Source of the DNA: an uncultured virus (IMG/VR IMGVR_UViG_3300021091_000002)
Lineage: Duplodnaviria > Heunggongvirae > Uroviricota > Caudoviricetes
Reading direction: 5' to 3' (one strand)
Virus record (IMG/VR): IMGVR_UViG_3300021091_000002
DNA length: 64,000 nucleotides
The notes under the pieces are model-generated. The model was not told where the DNA came from, ran no database searches, and worked only from the letters and a program-made list of their open reading frames with translations. The position numbers were made by a program, and so were the translations under genes. Below, piece by piece: positions 47,522 to 57,025 of the stretch. Each line of letters opens with the position of its first letter. Position 1 is the first letter of the stretch.

Positions 47522-48295
47522 ATGTCAAAATTTGAAGATGGTATTCAGGTTCCCGTAGATCAGGAAGAAACTCCGGCTCCAAAGGTTCAGGAAGAAAAGT
47601 ACTTCTCTGAAGAGGACATCCAAAAGGTGCGCCAACAGGAGAAGGAGAAGATGTACAAACGTCTAGAAGACGCTGATCATCGCGTCAAGGCACTGGAAGA
47701 AAAGCTAAACATTATTAGTAGCGAACGTGAAACGGCAATTAAAGAAGCCTCAGATCGCGCTAAAAAAGAAGCTGAACTCCTTCGTCAACGTGAGATTGAA
47801 GAGCTAAGCGCCAAGGAACTCCTCTTAAAGAAGGAGGATGAATGGAGCCAGCGAATCAACCAGGTTGAGCACGAATGGGGCCAGAAGTTTGCCGAACTTG
47901 AGAAACAGCGGCAGGCCCAGGATGCCATCCTTGAAAAGGAGCGCTATCTCCAGCAACTAGAGGCTTATCGCCAGAGACGTATCCAGGCGGAGTCAGAAAC
48001 CATAATTCCAGAGCTGCGCGATCTTATTTCAGGTAATACTGAAGAAGAGATTGAACACAGTATTACCGTACTTCGTGATAGAAGTACTGCTATAATTGAA
48101 TCAATCCAGCAGGCGAGTCCCCCTCGCTTGAAGGGGGCTCCGGTAACGGCTCCTCCGTCTGGGCCACTGGACAACCAAATGGAATATCAAACGGTTAGCG
48201 CGGAGGATATCCGCAACATGCCGATGGATCAATATGTAAAAATGCGTGAAAAGTTACTGTCAGCAACACGGTCTCAGCAACGGGGCCGCTACTAA
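47522..48295 (+). CDS. capsid scaffolding protein
   Basis: FSEEDIQKVR.QEKEK, long coiled coil, I.NM.M..Y...R; upstream of the capsid gene. Confidence 0.8.
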   Translation: MSKFEDGIQVPVDQEETPAPKVQEEKYFSEEDIQKVRQQEKEKMYKRLEDADHRVKALEEKLNIISSERETAIKEASDRAKKEAELLRQREIEELSAKELLLKKEDEWSQRINQVEHEWGQKFAELEKQRQAQDAILEKERYLQQLEAYRQRRIQAESETIIPELRDLISGNTEEEIEHSITVLRDRSTAIIESIQQASPPRLKGAPVTAPPSGPLDNQMEYQTVSAEDIRNMPMDQYVKMREKLLSATRSQQRGRY

Positions 48296-48330
48296 ACCCA
48301 AACTAACCACATCCATCGGAGGATATTAAT

Positions 48331-49437
48331 ATGGCATTACCCGCACCCGCAGGTGGAGCAATTACAGGTACAGCTACCGGTTCAGTGACCGGTTATACTG
48401 ACGGTAGTTCCGCTCTATCTCCCGCAATCCAGCAAATTTGGTCAAAGGAAATCCTTTTCCAGGCCATGCCCGTACTTCGGTTTGAACAGTTCGCTGTTAA
48501 GAAGACCGAACTCGGTGTCATGCCCGGTTTGACCATCAACTTTATGCGTTACAACAACCTGTCAGTTGATGAGTCAGCAGGAGCAACCCTTAGCGAAGGT
48601 ACCCGTATGGAGCCCGTCGCTTTGTCCGCAAGCCAGATTCAGATCACCGTTACCGAACATGGTAAGGCTGTCGCCGTCACCGAGCTGCTTCTCAATGCAG
48701 CTTTTGATGACGTTATGGCATCAGCTTCGCGCCTACTTGGTCGCCACATGGCTCAGAGCATGGACATCCAGGCTCGCAACACCCTCTACAAGAACGGTGT
48801 ACCGTTCGGTGGTGGAGCAGCTGTACCTCCAAGCGTTGTGTTTGGTCGTACCGCTGTTGCAGCCCGTGGCTCAATCAGCCCCTACGACGGCGGTGACGTT
48901 GGTACCGCTTCTGCCCCCGGTTTCCTCAGCCCCGCGTCCATCAAGGACGCAGTTGAGGTTCTCGCCGGCCAGAACATCCCCCGTTTGGGCGACACTTATG
49001 TCTGCTTCGTACACCCAAGTCAGAGCCGCTCACTCCGTGACTGGCCTGAGTTCATCGAAGTCACCAAGTACGCTGCCCCCGGCAACTTCATGCTTGGTGA
49101 AATCGGTCGTCTGTACGACGTAGTTTTCATTGAAACCACTCAGGTTAAGAAGGGTCTGGATGCCACTGCTGCTACCTCCCCTCTGTTCGGATTGGGATCA
49201 ACTTTAGACACCAGCGCTAGCGCTGGCTTCCAGGAAAACCCCAACTCTTTTAACGCCATTATGATCGGTGACAACGCTTTCGGTCACGCAATCAGCCTCC
49301 CGGTTGAGCTTCGTGACGGTGGTGTCATTGACTTCGGTCGTGAGCATGGTCTTGCCTGGTACGCCATTTGGGGATTCGGTGTAATCACCCACGAAAGCCG
49401 AGTAATTCTAAACACATTCGGTGGCGCAATTTCCTGA
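48331..49437 (+). CDS. major capsid protein (N4 gp56-like, HK97 fold)
   Basis: G.TINFMRY, LSEG, YVCFVHP, GEIGRLYDVVFIET, DFGRE..LAWY. Confidence 0.9.
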   Translation: MALPAPAGGAITGTATGSVTGYTDGSSALSPAIQQIWSKEILFQAMPVLRFEQFAVKKTELGVMPGLTINFMRYNNLSVDESAGATLSEGTRMEPVALSASQIQITVTEHGKAVAVTELLLNAAFDDVMASASRLLGRHMAQSMDIQARNTLYKNGVPFGGGAAVPPSVVFGRTAVAARGSISPYDGGDVGTASAPGFLSPASIKDAVEVLAGQNIPRLGDTYVCFVHPSQSRSLRDWPEFIEVTKYAAPGNFMLGEIGRLYDVVFIETTQVKKGLDATAATSPLFGLGSTLDTSASAGFQENPNSFNAIMIGDNAFGHAISLPVELRDGGVIDFGREHGLAWYAIWGFGVITHESRVILNTFGGAIS

Positions 49438-49459
49438 ACCTAGCGTTCAGATGCTGTAG

Positions 49460-49487
49460 TATGGTGGGGGATAATTCCCCCACCATA
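49460..49487 (+). terminator. hairpin/terminator after the capsid gene
   Basis: TATGGTGGGGGA-TAAT-TCCCCCACCATA. Confidence 0.75.
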
Positions 49488-49521
49488 TTGCTGTATATGG
49501 TAAAACCAAAAGGAGAACACA

Positions 49522-49773
49522 ATGCCTCGTAAAATTACAACCACAACAAATTGGGCAGAACCTGCTGAAGAGCAGGACGAAGTAGTAATTGAAGAGCCCG
49601 TTACCGTTTCTAGCACGGACGGAGATTTCGTTAAGGCCCGAGTAAAGGGAACATGGCTCATGATTTGGGGACTAACAAAATTTGACTTTAAGGACGGCAA
49701 AACCTACAAGCTTCCAAAAGATCTGTTTAACTACCTTCGTGCAAACGGAAACATTTACGACACTATGGCTTGA
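49522..49773 (+). CDS. small head-associated hypothetical protein
   Basis: SD AAGGAG. Confidence 0.7.
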   Translation: MPRKITTTTNWAEPAEEQDEVVIEEPVTVSSTDGDFVKARVKGTWLMIWGLTKFDFKDGKTYKLPKDLFNYLRANGNIYDTMA

Positions 49774-49780
49774 GGTGTAA

Positions 49781-51232
49781 ATGCCTTACATAATCCCTAA
49801 CGCAACTGATGTTGACGGTAATAAATTTATTGCCCTTGATCAAGCGGAACCAGACTCACTTGATTTTGAAATTTTGGGTGATAGGTCGACTGGTGTATTG
49901 TCTGGGTGTGCAGTAACTGCCTCAACGTCATCTGGGTTCCTTGCCATCGCTAGTGGTTTTGTAGCCCTTAGAGGAGTAGTATACGAAGTTTTTGGTGATG
50001 CTAGTAAACCACTAAACACTGGCCCATCATCTGGGTATAGATTTGATGCTGTTGTTGTTAGATGCACACCCTCAGCAAACACAGCATCTATCACTATTAT
50101 TGACGGTGTACAAAATGTTACAAACCCAACGTACCCCAAGTCAGCAGCCCGTTTGGTAACTACTGATGGAATTAACACAGCTACGTACATAACAGAAAAT
50201 GACGTTGTTTTGGCTATGGTGTTCCGTCAAGGAACAACATCCCCGTCAAATGCCAACATTGTTGACAAACGTGTAAACGTCCCATCTACCACAAGCCTCC
50301 GTGGAAACGTGGTGCCATCAAACGGCATTGGTTTGGATGGTGATTTTTACTATAAAAACTCTGTTGGCACTAGCTCATCAGGTGTGTACGTTAAGCGTGA
50401 TGGGGCATGGATTGAGCTTCTTTTAAGTGATGACTCGGGTTCAGTAACACCTATTGGGTCAATCATTATGTGGCCAAGTAACGTCGCTAGCCCTAACCCT
50501 GCTAATAAAACGTTTTGGCTAGAGTGTAACGGTCAGTCGGTCTCAAAAGAGTCGTATGCTGAGTTGCACAATCTTTTAGGCGACACTTACGGACCTCAAA
50601 CAGCTACCCAATTTAGCCTTCCAAACCTGTACTCTGAGACATCAAAATTTGTTACTGGTAACTCTACGGCGGGAGCCATTAGTGGAAGTTCAACAATAAC
50701 CATCGGTTCGGGCAACTTGCCCAGCCACACTCACAGTCTTGGGTCGCACACCCACACAATTGGTGATCACACGCACAATATTGCCCATGGTCATGGTTCT
50801 GGCACCACTGTCAATGGTGGGCAACACAGCCACCAACCCTTGGGTGGTCAAGACGAAACGCCGTCAGAAGGTATTGGGTTTGTTACTAGGCTTGGACAAG
50901 CAATTGCTGGAGTTCTATACCCTGGAACTACCGGGTGGTTAAAGGGTTATGTAGTACCTGGGTCAGCTACCGCTGATTTAGTTGCAGATGGGCTAACAGG
51001 AATTGTTGGTCAAGGAATGCAGGTACACTACACTCTCAACACCACTGAGCACTCCGGGCACACCCATGTGTTTGCCACTCCTACCCACTCAGGAACAAGT
51101 GGTTCCGTTGTAAACCAATTATCTTCAACTGGTGGGCCGTCAGACGCAAACACAGGAACAACTGGTGCTTCAACCCCAATAACCCATTTGCCACCAAATA
51201 TCAGTATGCGCTGGTTTATAAGAGCAAAATGA
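49781..51232 (+). CDS. fibre/collar-domain structural protein
   Basis: PIGSIIMW..WLECNGQ..Y.EL, NLPSHTH HxH repeats, PP.ISMRWFIRAK. Confidence 0.8.
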   Translation: MPYIIPNATDVDGNKFIALDQAEPDSLDFEILGDRSTGVLSGCAVTASTSSGFLAIASGFVALRGVVYEVFGDASKPLNTGPSSGYRFDAVVVRCTPSANTASITIIDGVQNVTNPTYPKSAARLVTTDGINTATYITENDVVLAMVFRQGTTSPSNANIVDKRVNVPSTTSLRGNVVPSNGIGLDGDFYYKNSVGTSSSGVYVKRDGAWIELLLSDDSGSVTPIGSIIMWPSNVASPNPANKTFWLECNGQSVSKESYAELHNLLGDTYGPQTATQFSLPNLYSETSKFVTGNSTAGAISGSSTITIGSGNLPSHTHSLGSHTHTIGDHTHNIAHGHGSGTTVNGGQHSHQPLGGQDETPSEGIGFVTRLGQAIAGVLYPGTTGWLKGYVVPGSATADLVADGLTGIVGQGMQVHYTLNTTEHSGHTHVFATPTHSGTSGSVVNQLSSTGGPSDANTGTTGASTPITHLPPNISMRWFIRAK

Positions 51233-51384
51233 CAGAAAAACTGCCTAAGCCATCTGGCACTGCCGACCAGATTAAGTTAAGGAAGGTAACCGCTGTTCCG
51301 TCTATGCGTGTAGAGCAGCCTGCGTTAAACCAACCTATACAAAAAACCGTCCCAGGCAAGGACTCGGCAGACACTCCGTCATAA
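51229..51384 (+). CDS. small hypothetical protein (51 aa)
   Basis: ATGA overlap; fills the gap. Confidence 0.5.
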   Translation: MTEKLPKPSGTADQIKLRKVTAVPSMRVEQPALNQPIQKTVPGKDSADTPS

Positions 51385-51398
51385 GGTAAACTTATACC

Positions 51399-52199
51399 AT
51401 GGCAACATTAGCAGACATTGAAAATATTGCAAGAACTTATCTCAGGGATTTCCCTAAGTTCTTTCAAACATCCTTTGATGTTGTCGGAAGAACTTATGAT
51501 TTAAGCCATATCAACGTCGATTCAGAATCCTTATGGGTTGCCGTCTACACCACTGGATCTGGGTCTGCGTCTGCCTTAAGTGCCTCTCAGTACTCTCTTG
51601 ATGAGCGCAACGGAATACTGCGTTTAGCTAACACGTATGCGTCAGGGACAAAAGTGCTGGTAGAAGGCTATTACTACGAGTGGGTTACGCCCACTGATCT
51701 TTCTTTCTATACCAAAAGAGCTTTAGAAAAGCATCTACATACTATCCACCTCTCTGTTGACCAGTTAGCTGATGTTGTGATTAACACTATCGGTATATCT
51801 GCAATTTGTGAGTGTCTGTGGGCGCTGATGACAGAGTATAGCCGAGACATTGACGTCATTACTTCTGAGTCAGTTCATATACCAGCAAGCCAGAGATTTA
51901 GAATGGTACAAGGACTACTATCTCAGTGGGAAAGGGAATACGCACGACACGCAGCAAATCTAAACATTGGTTTTGACCGTCTTGAAGTTATGAATTTGCG
52001 AAGAGTGTCTAGAACAACCAACAGGCTTGTCCCCCTGTACAAGCAGAAAGAGCTTGGCGACTTCTCCCCTATGGAGCGGCTATGGCCAGAAATTGACGAT
52101 GGAACTGTTACCCCTGAAACTAAGGGTGATCGACTTCGTGAAGATGTTTATATTGACACAACCCCGCCGTCAGGCGCTACTACTAACGCTTTCCACTAA
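51399..52199 (+). CDS. neck/head-tail adaptor protein
   Basis: synteny; V.IPASQRF motif. Confidence 0.6.
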   Translation: MATLADIENIARTYLRDFPKFFQTSFDVVGRTYDLSHINVDSESLWVAVYTTGSGSASALSASQYSLDERNGILRLANTYASGTKVLVEGYYYEWVTPTDLSFYTKRALEKHLHTIHLSVDQLADVVINTIGISAICECLWALMTEYSRDIDVITSESVHIPASQRFRMVQGLLSQWEREYARHAANLNIGFDRLEVMNLRRVSRTTNRLVPLYKQKELGDFSPMERLWPEIDDGTVTPETKGDRLREDVYIDTTPPSGATTNAFH

Positions 52200-52741
52200 T
52201 GAATCTTCATACCGAACTTTCGTTAATAAACAAACACTTTAACAAACGCCACAAAGAGGCTGGGGAAGAATTTGTTGTCTGGTACGAATTTGTTCCTCTC
52301 GGAACCTCTGCAGCACTAAACAGTGTTTATGATGACGTGTACGATGAAGCACCATCAGGTATAGGTGGGCGTAAATACAAGCCTGGTGTTATCTTGCCGG
52401 TGCTTCTAGTTTCAGAGGCTGAGGATCAACGTAGGTCTATCCCTGAAGGCCGTTTAACTCTAGAGACTATTGACGCTTTTATACCAATAAAAGCTATGCG
52501 AGATGCTGGTGTATCACACGTATGGGAATATAGAGAACATCTAAACGATGTGTTTTCCTACGATGGTAGATTCTATTCAGTCTTTGATTACCGGGTTAGA
52601 GGGCGTCTAAAAGAGGAAGTATTTGTCCTCTTACAAGGTCAAGAACTGTACGTTGACCAAGAGTTTGTCAACGACGATACATTCCCAACACTCAGCAGTA
52701 ACAACCTTCCATGGCCTACATCCTTACCTCAAATAGGGTAA
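52199..52741 (+). CDS. head-tail stopper/closure protein
   Basis: synteny; D.F.YDGR.Y.V. Confidence 0.55.
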   Translation: MNLHTELSLINKHFNKRHKEAGEEFVVWYEFVPLGTSAALNSVYDDVYDEAPSGIGGRKYKPGVILPVLLVSEAEDQRRSIPEGRLTLETIDAFIPIKAMRDAGVSHVWEYREHLNDVFSYDGRFYSVFDYRVRGRLKEEVFVLLQGQELYVDQEFVNDDTFPTLSSNNLPWPTSLPQIG

Positions 52742-52801
52742 AATTAAGATAGTTATGGCGAGCGCCATAGCATCCAACGCCTAGAACTGTAAGGAGACCC
52801 A

Positions 52802-53215
52802 ATGATTGGGAATTCTAAATCTGTGTCTTCTGATTTCAGTTCTGACGTTCAAGTATCTAAACCAAAGCCCAGAATGCCATGGGCTGTTCATAGTCTTATT
52901 TCTAAACTAGGTGAGTTCCACAATGCTGTGGATAGGGCCGTTGCCGAGTACCAGAAGGAAGTACGCCAAGATGCTGCTGCCGACTGGGGCGACGTAGCCA
53001 ACACAATAATTGTTGAATTTGATAAAGAAAAAATGGTAGTTAATATTCACTCGCCACACCCCGATGCGACACTGTTGGAGTACGGTACCCCAGAACTACC
53101 ACCAGCACCTGTTATACGTATGGCTTCCATCCGGGCTCAGGAAAAGTTAGTTCCATTAATTAAAGAAGAACTCTATAAATTAGGACTATCGAGAGGTAGT
53201 GGTCATGCCAAATAA
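52802..53215 (+). CDS. HK97 gp10-like neck/tail completion protein
   Basis: LEYGT...PP.P.IR. Confidence 0.65.
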   Translation: MIGNSKSVSSDFSSDVQVSKPKPRMPWAVHSLISKLGEFHNAVDRAVAEYQKEVRQDAAADWGDVANTIIVEFDKEKMVVNIHSPHPDATLLEYGTPELPPAPVIRMASIRAQEKLVPLIKEELYKLGLSRGSGHAK

Positions 53216-53903
53216 GGGGTTCTTGCTTGCAGAAGATGCTGCGGTTAAAAACCGATTTAGCAACTTAACTGTTTCTGATGACAGAGACGCCAACCGAGCA
53301 GTTCAGGTGTTCTTTAGGTACCCAGAGGGAGAAACCGAAAAGGCATATCCGTTTATAACTGTTGAAATGGTGGGCATGTCCCACGACACCCGTAGACAGC
53401 TGTCTGAAACTACGCTGTATTACAGCAATAGCGTTTCGGCATCAAGTAAGTCTAATTACATTAATTATTACCCATCAGAACTGACCGCATCTGAAATGTC
53501 TTCTATGGTTAATAACTCTACTATTTTATCTGTACACTCGTTTATACCAGTTAACCTGGTATATCAAATAACTACTCACACCAGAAGTGCTCTACACGAC
53601 AGACAACTTTCAAGTAAAATACTCCGCAGAGTAGTGCCCTTTAGGCAGGGCTTTATAGAAATACCTGAAGATGGTACTATTAGAAGGTTTGATTTACTGT
53701 CGTGGTCTACGTCTGACTTATTGGACAGAGAATCTGGTTATAGAAAACGCATATTTAGAAAGATGTTTACAATACAAATGAACGCTGAGATAGCTGCAAC
53801 AGACCTAACACCTGTCAAGAAGGTAGCATCTGTAGTTGGTAATATATATGATAACGATACGGCAATTCACACCCTAACACCCCAAATTTCAGAGGAGTTT
53901 TAA
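53205..53903 (+). CDS. tail terminator-like protein
   Basis: YPFITVE, P.NL.YQI; precedes the sheath gene. Confidence 0.6.
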   Translation: MPNKGFLLAEDAAVKNRFSNLTVSDDRDANRAVQVFFRYPEGETEKAYPFITVEMVGMSHDTRRQLSETTLYYSNSVSASSKSNYINYYPSELTASEMSSMVNNSTILSVHSFIPVNLVYQITTHTRSALHDRQLSSKILRRVVPFRQGFIEIPEDGTIRRFDLLSWSTSDLLDRESGYRKRIFRKMFTIQMNAEIAATDLTPVKKVASVVGNIYDNDTAIHTLTPQISEEF

Positions 53904-55424
53904 ATGCCTGAATATAAGAATCCAGGAGTATACGTATCCGAATCGGCATTCTTGCCGAAGGTGCGTAGAGGAGTAACCTCAAGATCAGCGGCTGCCTTCT
54001 TTGGTGAAGCACCTCGAGGACCCTCAGCCGCAACCCTAGTGCAGTCATGGTCTGAGTACAAGACACTATATGGTGATCTTTCACAGACCTCTGATCTTGG
54101 ATTTGCTGTTTACCATTACTTTGCAAACGGTGGTAGAGACGCATGGATCACCAGAGTTATTGGTAGCACTGCTGTAACCGCAACAGCCACAGTTGCCTAC
54201 TATCCCAATGGTTCTGGTCAAGCATCAGCCTCGTTGTTTACTGCTTCTGCAAAGAGCAAGGGTTCTTGGGGTAACAACCTTACCCTTGAATTCTCAAACG
54301 GAAATACCGCAGCCTCGTCAACGGTTATGCCTACATTTAACTTGGTAGTTAAGTTGAGTGGTATAGAAGTAGAGAGATGGAATGATCTGTCTCCAGACAT
54401 CGCTAGTAGTCGGTACTTTGTTACTATCCTTAATAACTACTCAAGCTACATCACAAACGTTGCCGCTGGTTCAGGAATTGTAGCCAACGCTTACTGGATA
54501 TATAACTCAGTAGCAACCACGTTTGCAAGTGGTTCAAACGGAAGCGCAGTGCAGGATACCGACTACGTGACGGCCCTTGGCCAGCTTGATTCAGTAGAGG
54601 GTGTGTTACTACTTAACGCCGTTAATAAAACTTCAGCAACTGTTATTAACCAGTTCCTTGCAAAGGCAGAATCCCGAGGAAACTCCTTTGTGATTATCGA
54701 CCCAGACATGACCGCTGTTGATGTGTCTACCATTGGTGGTTCAGTAGTAGGAAGCTACACTAGTTCAAACTACGGAGCTGTGTACTACCCACATCTAACC
54801 ATGGTTGACCCCTCTAAGACTGGACCGGGAGCAGTTAGGGCAACTGCACCAGGTGGTGCAATCGCTGGAGTGTATGTTCGCACCGAGATTGAGCGCAACG
54901 TAGCTAAGAGCCCAGCTGGGTACAACGTTACTGTTCGTAACTCACTGGGCCTTGGTACTTCATTTACCGAAGCTCAAACAGGTACGCTTTACTCAACCTA
55001 CAACGTTAACGTATTGAAGACTGTTCCTGGTGGTGGAATCATTATCAATGGAGCTCGCACTCTAGACAAGGCAGCTCCTGGTAAGTTCATCTCTGCACGT
55101 AGAACTTTAAACTACTTGAAACAAGTTCTTAAAGAAGGTACTGAGTCTGCTGTGTTTGAGCCAAACGACTCTCGACTTTGGGACCAGATTACTGGGTCTG
55201 TCTCTGCACTACTTGGGGAGTTCTGGCGCCAAGGTGGTCTTAAGGGCAAGAATGCTTCAGAGGCTTACTACGTAATTTGTGATGCGTCAAACAACACGTC
55301 TGTAACCGTTGATAATGGTGAAGTACATATCGAGGTTGGTGTTGCCCTGCAATATCCAGCCGAATTTGTGGTAATAAACCTGTCCCAATGGACCGGTGGT
55401 TCAAACGCAACAGAGACACTCTGA
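53904..55424 (+). CDS. contractile tail sheath protein
   Basis: PGVYVSE, YFANGG, G.WGN, YYP, KSPAG, GARTL, VFEPND, PAEFV. Confidence 0.95.
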   Translation: MPEYKNPGVYVSESAFLPKVRRGVTSRSAAAFFGEAPRGPSAATLVQSWSEYKTLYGDLSQTSDLGFAVYHYFANGGRDAWITRVIGSTAVTATATVAYYPNGSGQASASLFTASAKSKGSWGNNLTLEFSNGNTAASSTVMPTFNLVVKLSGIEVERWNDLSPDIASSRYFVTILNNYSSYITNVAAGSGIVANAYWIYNSVATTFASGSNGSAVQDTDYVTALGQLDSVEGVLLLNAVNKTSATVINQFLAKAESRGNSFVIIDPDMTAVDVSTIGGSVVGSYTSSNYGAVYYPHLTMVDPSKTGPGAVRATAPGGAIAGVYVRTEIERNVAKSPAGYNVTVRNSLGLGTSFTEAQTGTLYSTYNVNVLKTVPGGGIIINGARTLDKAAPGKFISARRTLNYLKQVLKEGTESAVFEPNDSRLWDQITGSVSALLGEFWRQGGLKGKNASEAYYVICDASNNTSVTVDNGEVHIEVGVALQYPAEFVVINLSQWTGGSNATETL

Positions 55425-55441
55425 TAAGGAGAGATGATTAA

Positions 55442-56059
55442 ATGGCACGTTCAGCGAGCACAGATCCGGTAAGGAACTTTAAGTTCCAAGTACAAATTCA
55501 ACCAACTAGTAACACACGACTCGCTACTGTCCTTAACGGCATTGGAGATCTTGGGTTTGCTGCTATGACTGGTGTTTCAGTCCAGCACCAAATGGTTGGT
55601 TACCGTGAGGGTGGCATGAACACCCACACACATAAGCTAGTCGGCCAATCCGACTTTGGACCAGTAACATTCAGTCGTGGTGTAATTGCTGAGCAAAGCC
55701 ACCTCTGGAAGTGGTCTGAGTTTATTCACTCTTGGAACCAGGCCGCTGGTAACTCGGGTTCAAACTCAACAGTTGCCAACGGAAATGACTATCGGTGCCA
55801 CATTTTGGTGCGGGTTTTTGACCACCCACACTCAGTAGGAACCTACCAGGAATCTGGGGTTGTTAGTTCAGCAGCAACCAACCTTGGTAAGCCTCGTCTT
55901 GGAATTAAACTGTTCAACTGCTGGCCAGGAGCCTACACACTGAGTGACCTCTCAGCTGGTGACTCTGGGATTGTTGTACAACAATTGACTGTTCACCACG
56001 AGGGGTTTAAACTTGCATGGACAGAGACTGATATTACTGCTCTAGCAAGCGTTAACTGA
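55442..56059 (+). CDS. tail tube protein (T4 gp19-like)
   Basis: DPVRNFKF, YREGG, VTFSRG, NCWP, HEG. Confidence 0.92.
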   Translation: MARSASTDPVRNFKFQVQIQPTSNTRLATVLNGIGDLGFAAMTGVSVQHQMVGYREGGMNTHTHKLVGQSDFGPVTFSRGVIAEQSHLWKWSEFIHSWNQAAGNSGSNSTVANGNDYRCHILVRVFDHPHSVGTYQESGVVSSAATNLGKPRLGIKLFNCWPGAYTLSDLSAGDSGIVVQQLTVHHEGFKLAWTETDITALASVN

Positions 56060-56082
56060 TTTAACTAAATAAGGAGAACAAA

Positions 56083-56877
56083 TTGGAAAAATCAATAGAA
56101 GTTGAGTCGTTAGACCACGCATTTAAAGACCCCGCTCCATCAATAGCTACACCAGAGACAGTTATTGTTGAACTTCATAGGGGCTTGATAAATCCAAATA
56201 CCGGTCAATGGCAAACAACGGCAGAGGTGCGAGAGCTAACTGGCAAGGATGAGGAGTTTTTAGCTTCTCTTGAAAGCAACAAAACTATAACGTACGCAAT
56301 GTACGTCAACCAGTTGGTCAGCAGAGCTACTGTGAGAATTGGAGACACCCTGATCCAAGGCCACAAGGCGTTGATTGAAGAATTAATTACCGGTGACAGA
56401 GACACCCTTTTGTTGGGTATTATCAAAGCTACTTATGGTCCTGAGCGCACGTTTAACTACCCGTGTAACGCTTGTAAAACACCAAACTTGATAACTATTG
56501 AACTTGACAAAGACTTCCCAATTCAAGAATATGAGGGAAATTTGAGAGAGCCATTTGAGGTAACATTCAAAAATGGCAACAAGGTAAAGTTTAAGTACCC
56601 AGTTGGTTCCGACAACATTGCTATGGGCAAAGCTGAAACAACAGCTCAACAGAGTACAATTTTAATTTCTCGTTGTGTTGTTTGGCCGGATCACAGAGAT
56701 TCTCTGTACAACGAAGAGTGGGCTAAGAACCTATCTATGAACGATAGAAACCTAGTACTAAGAGCCCTACTTTCACCAAAAGTAGGGCCCAAGCTTGGGG
56801 AGGTGAATACCCAGTGCGTACATTGTGGCGCTGATATAAACATCAATATCGACTGGGTATCCCTTTTACTCGCCTAA
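56083..56877 (+). CDS. tail assembly chaperone / T4 gp26-like hub assembly protein
   Basis: VRELTGKDEE, GDRD.LL, CxxC twice; lies between tube and tape measure. Confidence 0.75.
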   Translation: MEKSIEVESLDHAFKDPAPSIATPETVIVELHRGLINPNTGQWQTTAEVRELTGKDEEFLASLESNKTITYAMYVNQLVSRATVRIGDTLIQGHKALIEELITGDRDTLLLGIIKATYGPERTFNYPCNACKTPNLITIELDKDFPIQEYEGNLREPFEVTFKNGNKVKFKYPVGSDNIAMGKAETTAQQSTILISRCVVWPDHRDSLYNEEWAKNLSMNDRNLVLRALLSPKVGPKLGEVNTQCVHCGADININIDWVSLLLA

Positions 56878-57025
56878 TCTAAAAAGTATATACTGGGAAT
56901 ACGAAGGCGTAGCCTCTGTCTACAAAGGGTTTAGTTTAAACGACATACGGGACATGAGTGTCCGGCAAAGAGATTTTTGGTTTCGTATGGCTAAGTGGCG
57001 ACTAACGGATGGAGGTGGTGGTTAA
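56864..57025 (+). CDS. frameshifted C-terminal extension of the tail chaperone
   Basis: +1 frame with no start near its 5' end: FYSPNLKSIYWEY...GFSLNDIRDMSVRQR; TAATG-coupled to the tape measure gene. Confidence 0.7.
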   Translation, partial: FYSPNLKSIYWEYEGVASVYKGFSLNDIRDMSVRQRDFWFRMAKWRLTDGGGG

